Below, in pieces: positions 59,883 to 64,000 of a stretch of DNA of 64,000 bases. The first letter of the stretch is position 1. Every line of letters begins with the position of its first letter. Origin of the DNA: Pseudomonadota bacterium (GTDB taxonomy: Bacteria > Pseudomonadota > Gammaproteobacteria > Enterobacterales > JBCCZV01). Where the stretch lies: contig JBCCZV010000004.1 in assembly GCA_039187085.1 (NCBI GenBank), forward strand, positions 2,492 through 66,491, read 5' to 3'. The notes beneath the pieces were generated by a model that did not search any database, was not told the origin of the DNA, and worked only from the letters and a program-made list of their open reading frames with translations. The position numbers and the translations under genes are program-made.

Positions 59883-59926
59883 GATAGATTTCTATCTACA
59901 CAAAGTCGATAAAACGGAGATTAAAC

Positions 59927-61711
59927 ATGTCTGAATATAAAGTTCCACTTGATGATATTCATTTTATCAGCCATGAGTGGTTAAATTTACCTCAGCATTA
60001 CCAACAATTAGATAAAGGTGACGTTGCTGACAAAGAAACCTTAAGTACAATCTTCGAAGAAGCAGCCAAATTCTCTGAGTCTGTGATCGCTCCAACCTAT
60101 GAAACTGGTGATACCCAAGGTTGTCATTGGGAGGATGGTATTGTATCAACACCTACGGGTTTTAAGGATGCCTATCAACAATATATTGAAAATGGTTGGC
60201 CTACACTCTCGGCCGCCCCAGAATTTGGAGGGCAAGGTTTTCCTTACTCTGTTGGACTTATAGTTAGTGAAATGATAGGAAGTGCCAACTTAGCATGGTC
60301 TATGTATCCTGGGTTAACCCAAGGCGCTATCGAAGCATTGGAAAGTCACGGTACAGCTGAGCAACAAGCTTTGTATCTCAACCCAATGATTGCAGGTACT
60401 TGGAGCGGCACAATGTGTCTTACAGAACCACACTGCGGTTCTGATCTCGGTTTGTTGCGAACAAAAGCTGTACCCAATGATAATGGAACTTATTTGATCA
60501 GTGGGACCAAAATTTTTATTAGTGCTGGAGAACATGACTTAACCGACAATATCATCCATCTAGTTCTCGCACGTTTGCCTGATGCACCGCAAGGCACAAA
60601 AGGCATTTCGCTCTTTATCGTACCTAAATTTTTAGTCAATAATGACGGTACTTTATCCGATCGTAACACTGTTAATTGTGCTTCTATTGAACATAAAATG
60701 GGCTTGAATGGTTCAGCAACCTGTGTAATGAATTTTGACGAGGCCACCGGTTTTTTATTGGGTGAAGCCAACAGAGGTTTGCAGTGCATGTTTACTATGA
60801 TGAATGCCGCGAGACTCGGTACTGCAATGCAAGGCATTTGTTTGACCCAAATCAGTTACCAAAAATCTTTGGCGTACGCTCGAGACCGCTTACAAATGCG
60901 TTCACTTTCGGGACCTAAACACCCTGAAAAAGCAGCAGATCCGATCATCGTACACCCTGACGTTCGAAGAATGTTATTAACTCAAAAAGCGCTTGTCGAA
61001 GGTAATCGGGCTCTAGCTTACTATGTAGCAACTTTGGTGGACAAAACACGATTAAGCCAATCAGACGAAGAAAAAGCTTATGCCGAATTATTGTTAGGCT
61101 TTCTCACTCCAATTTGCAAAGGCTTCATGACTGAAACCGCACTTGAAACAACAAGCCATGGCTTACAGGTATTTGGTGGCCATGGTTACATTAAAGAGTA
61201 CGGTGCAGAACAAATTGTTCGAGACGCAAGAATCACAACCATTTACGAAGGCACTACTGGTATCCAAGCACTCGATTTGTTAGGTCGCAAAACTTTACTC
61301 AATAACGGTCAAGCACTCAAACTTCATATCAGTAATATTATGGCTTTCATAGAAACCAACAAAGACAAAACCCAACTACTTCCTTACATGGAACGCTTGG
61401 GCGGTCTTCTTAAAAAATGGGGCGACATTACTGCTGCCATCGGCCAAAAAGCTATGTCTAATCAAGACGAGGTAGGTGCAGCCTCCGTTGATTATCTCAT
61501 GTATTCTGGCTATGTGACTCTCGCATATATTTGGCTAGAGCAAGGAGCTGCAGCTCTGAATCAAGGAGAGTTAGCTGATACTTTTTATGAATCAAAACTT
61601 CAAACAATGGCGTTTTATTTTGATAAGATATTGCCTCGCGCTAAAGCTCTTGAACTTACAATGTTAAGTGGTTGCAATTCATTATCTGCTTTTAAAGACA
61701 CTCACTTCTAA
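59927..61711 (+). CDS. acyl-CoA dehydrogenase (about 600-aa FadE-like class)
   Basis: 594 aa. GGAG-N8-ATG start. ACAD N-terminal, middle and C-terminal domains (TEPHCGSDL, GGHGY, IYEGTTGIQ) plus a C-terminal extension domain. Confidence 0.85.
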   Translation: MSEYKVPLDDIHFISHEWLNLPQHYQQLDKGDVADKETLSTIFEEAAKFSESVIAPTYETGDTQGCHWEDGIVSTPTGFKDAYQQYIENGWPTLSAAPEFGGQGFPYSVGLIVSEMIGSANLAWSMYPGLTQGAIEALESHGTAEQQALYLNPMIAGTWSGTMCLTEPHCGSDLGLLRTKAVPNDNGTYLISGTKIFISAGEHDLTDNIIHLVLARLPDAPQGTKGISLFIVPKFLVNNDGTLSDRNTVNCASIEHKMGLNGSATCVMNFDEATGFLLGEANRGLQCMFTMMNAARLGTAMQGICLTQISYQKSLAYARDRLQMRSLSGPKHPEKAADPIIVHPDVRRMLLTQKALVEGNRALAYYVATLVDKTRLSQSDEEKAYAELLLGFLTPICKGFMTETALETTSHGLQVFGGHGYIKEYGAEQIVRDARITTIYEGTTGIQALDLLGRKTLLNNGQALKLHISNIMAFIETNKDKTQLLPYMERLGGLLKKWGDITAAIGQKAMSNQDEVGAASVDYLMYSGYVTLAYIWLEQGAAALNQGELADTFYESKLQTMAFYFDKILPRAKALELTMLSGCNSLSAFKDTHF

Positions 61712-61728
61712 AATATTTTGAGTATTGG

Positions 61729-61763
61729 GGCATCATCTCTTTATTTATCGGAGTCATGATGCC
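61729..61763. terminator. possible bidirectional hairpin between convergent genes
   Basis: ggcatcat-N19-atgatgcc, an 8-bp stem that extends via ctc/gag with a bulge. It overlaps the stop of the minus-strand gene. Confidence 0.35.
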
Positions 61764-63031
61764 TATGTCTTTATTGGTTGAAAACGGGTCATTGAACTTA
61801 TTAACAAACCTGACACCAATGACAGTCCAATAATTGCCATTTCAAAAGCTGTTTCAAAAGCATCGACCACTTGATGATCAACTAATGATTGGATGCTTCT
61901 AAAACCTATAGAACCTGGAACCAAGAGTAGAATTCCTGGTAATAAAATGAATGCTCCTGGAATACTAAATTGTTTATTAACCCATCTCGCAGTGATACCA
62001 ACAGCAATAGCGCCCACAAAAGCTGCCGAACTTGGAGCTGTATAAAAATTCATAAACGTTGATGTACCGAAAGCAACCACTCCCGCAATGATCATCCAGC
62101 CAGCATCTTTTAATCGAGCATTAAAGGGAACAATGAGTGCCCCACTAGCAATGATTAAAGCAATCCATTGCGACACTTCGGGTAATGGGTTTACTTCAAA
62201 ACTCATCATTTCCCACCCAATCATTTCTCGAAAAGTATTTCCTAATAGCAAACCTAAACCTAGTTGCAAAAAAACAATCCCGGAGCCAGTTAATCTAGCG
62301 GTTCCTGACACAAGATTTTGAGTGGCAAGTTCTGCCATAGCTATGGTTAAAGTTAAACCGGGTAAAAGCACGATAAGGCCTGCAACTATGGTTATTGATG
62401 TCGCAAATCCTCCTAAAAAATTTGCTAAACCAAATGAAATCACAGAGACAGAAAATGCAGCAATCGTTGGCAATACCGAGCCCAAAAACAAAAAATATTT
62501 AGTGAGATTTATCAAAGCGCCGAGAGACAAACCAGCTAGAGCACTCACCCATATTTCAGTCACTCCACCGCCCAAAATTCTTGCTAATGCTGCTGAAAAG
62601 CAAGCAACAGCAAGCATAAGCACTAAACCTCCAAAATTTTCAGCAAGCTGTTCAACCTGTTTTAATTGTTTCGCTCCATCTTTAGGAGAAATTTCTTTAT
62701 CAATAACACTTTGAGCTGTTTGAGTAACGCGTCGTAGCTTTTCTAAATTTATCTCGCCTGGTGCTACACGTGTAACGAATGTCTGATATTCATTATCTTC
62801 ATGCATGAACGTCAGAGAAATGCTAGTTGGTAAACTCATACATTGAATACCAAAACCTAAACGGGATGCGACAAGACTAATAATTTTTTCAAGCTCATAA
62901 GCTGGCACACCATAGGTATGAAGGGCTTTTGCCAATCTTAAAATAAAGCCAATTGGTTCAGAACGCTCCGGTGAAAATAGCACATTATCAAGCGATCGCT
63001 TGTCTATAAAATTATCGCGTAATGCAGTCAT
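61763..63031 (-). CDS. threonine/serine exporter family protein (ThrE; YjjP+YjjB-like fusion)
   Basis: 422 aa with a soluble N-terminal part and about 10 TM helices. The LLPG motif occurs twice (VLLPGLTL, ILLPGILLLVPG), as in ThrE / ThrE_2 domains. Confidence 0.7.
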   Translation of the reverse strand: MTALRDNFIDKRSLDNVLFSPERSEPIGFILRLAKALHTYGVPAYELEKIISLVASRLGFGIQCMSLPTSISLTFMHEDNEYQTFVTRVAPGEINLEKLRRVTQTAQSVIDKEISPKDGAKQLKQVEQLAENFGGLVLMLAVACFSAALARILGGGVTEIWVSALAGLSLGALINLTKYFLFLGSVLPTIAAFSVSVISFGLANFLGGFATSITIVAGLIVLLPGLTLTIAMAELATQNLVSGTARLTGSGIVFLQLGLGLLLGNTFREMIGWEMMSFEVNPLPEVSQWIALIIASGALIVPFNARLKDAGWMIIAGVVAFGTSTFMNFYTAPSSAAFVGAIAVGITARWVNKQFSIPGAFILLPGILLLVPGSIGFRSIQSLVDHQVVDAFETAFEMAIIGLSLVSGLLISSMTRFQPIKT

Positions 63032-63333
63032 GCTTTATGCTCTCATAGGGTATAAAAACAACAAGTAACAACGCTTGATTAATAGACTATTATTAATATA
63101 GCGAATAGTTGATTGTTTTTGAGCCAATCGACACAGCATGCTTTCAGATTCATAAAAAAGAAAAGCTACAAAGGTGAATATGGCTTTGGGATTAACAACA
63201 CGGTATTACAATATTACGCATAATATAGTAATTTACATAGAACTTTTCATTAACCTCTTTGTATATCAAAATATTTTGAGGTTATACATTTTTGCTTAAT
63301 TCAATACTGCTTTAACAATTGGAGTGTCCAGCT

Positions 63334-64000
63334 CATGATGTACCATATGCACGACCTTATGCGGTCAACTTTGTTGCCCATGCACCAATGGGCAAAAACA
63401 AGTCGTATGTTGGCATCCAATCCTTTTAATCCATTATCATACAGTTATTTTGGTCGTACTTTAGAAGCGAATCTAGAGTTAATTGAGAGACAAACAGCCA
63501 ATTATGAAAAACCACGATTTGGACTCAATTATACAGAAATTGATAATGAACCTGTCGCTATCCTAGAAGAAATTGTTGCTGATAAACCTTATTGCCAGCT
63601 TTTACGCTTTCGAAGAGACGCTGATAATTTAATACAACCCAAAATCTTAATGGTTGCACCATTGTCTGGACATTTTGCCACCCTTCTGCGAGGCACTGTC
63701 AAAGAATTTCTTCCCGATCACGATGTTTACATTACCGACTGGAAAAATACTCGAGATGTGTCGTTAGATTCAGGACCTTTTCACTTTGATGATTATGTGA
63801 AATATATCATCGACTTTATGGACTTTTTAGGGCCAGAAACTCATTGTATAGCAGTCTGCCAGCCAGCTGTTCCTGTTATGGTTGCAGCTGCTGTAATGTC
63901 TGACATTAGCCACCCATGCCAACCGAAATCTATTACTTTAATGGGTGGACCCATCGATGTACGTAAAAACCCTACGGAAGTCAATGATTATGCGACTAAC
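63334..64000 (+). CDS. phaZ: intracellular polyhydroxyalkanoate (PHB) depolymerase, 5' partial (runs off the window)
   Basis: Not in the ORF track because the frame stays open to the window edge. My own translation from ATG 63334 gives MMYHMHDLMRSTLLPMHQWAKTSRMLASNPFNP...KILMVAPLSGHFATLLRGTV...YITDWKNTRDV...CQPAVPVM...LMGGPID. This matches the PhaZ intracellular depolymerase family as I remember it. Confidence 0.8.

Noticed and set aside
1-64000. Searched for CRISPR arrays, IS/transposase or integrase genes, tRNA/rRNA genes, toxin-antitoxin pairs and known defence-system hallmarks (nucleases, helicases, methyltransferases)
   Set aside because: None were found by eye. The only exact repeat noticed is the 27-nt in-frame duplication at 11497-11577. 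The window looks like core chromosome, apart from possibly the 47-50.5 kb envelope-protein patch.

Overview
AT-rich gammaproteobacterial chromosomal window, almost fully coding, with about 55 CDS. The gene order (ycgN-ycgM-ycgL-rnd-fadD, DUF2066 / purMN / DUF3108, hda-perM) looks like a marine Alteromonadales, Vibrionales or Pseudomonas-type genome, but I cannot assign the taxon from sequence alone. I saw no rRNA, tRNA, CRISPR array, transposase, integrase or prophage. Main blocks, in order: (1) tyrR-uup and slt. (2) A five-gene B12 uptake and adenosylation operon (btuD-like, btuC-like, cobO, btuF, btuB) behind a clear cobalamin riboswitch. (3) A translationally coupled pair of unknown function: a periplasmic vWA protein and a very acidic bitopic membrane protein. 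(4) ycgN-ycgM-ycgL-rnd-fadD. (5) A two-receiver response regulator, then GNAT, hydrolase, MBL and M50B-like genes. (6) A complete trpEGD(CF)BA operon headed by a DAHP-synthase-like gene and preceded by two serial Trp-codon (WWW) leader peptide/attenuator units. (7) A lysC-lysA fusion, an S9 peptidase, and an aminotransferase-threonine synthase fusion. (8) hda, perM, a pgsA-like gene, DUF2066, purMN, DUF3108 and RNase Z. (9) A small envelope patch: a beta-barrel OMP, a cytochrome-P460-like lipoprotein and an LRR lipoprotein. (10) cpxRA divergent from cpxP. (11) A holin-like gene and fxsA. (12) korAB preceded by a GltD-like flavoprotein/ferredoxin fusion. (13) An 829-bp ORF-free spacer with a FadR-type palindrome in front of an acyl-CoA dehydrogenase, then a thrE-family exporter and a 5' partial intracellular PHB depolymerase. 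The observations I rank highest are these. The DAHP-synthase-like first cistron of the trp operon has substitutions at the canonical metal and substrate motifs, so it may be a pseudoenzyme or repurposed protein. The Trp attenuators are in tandem. Two aspartate-family fusions (lysC-lysA and aminotransferase-thrC) are present. The vWA/acidic-tail module and the three-gene 2-oxoacid oxidoreductase cluster are uncharacterised. All calls rest on reading the ORF translations and the DNA by eye. No database search was run.
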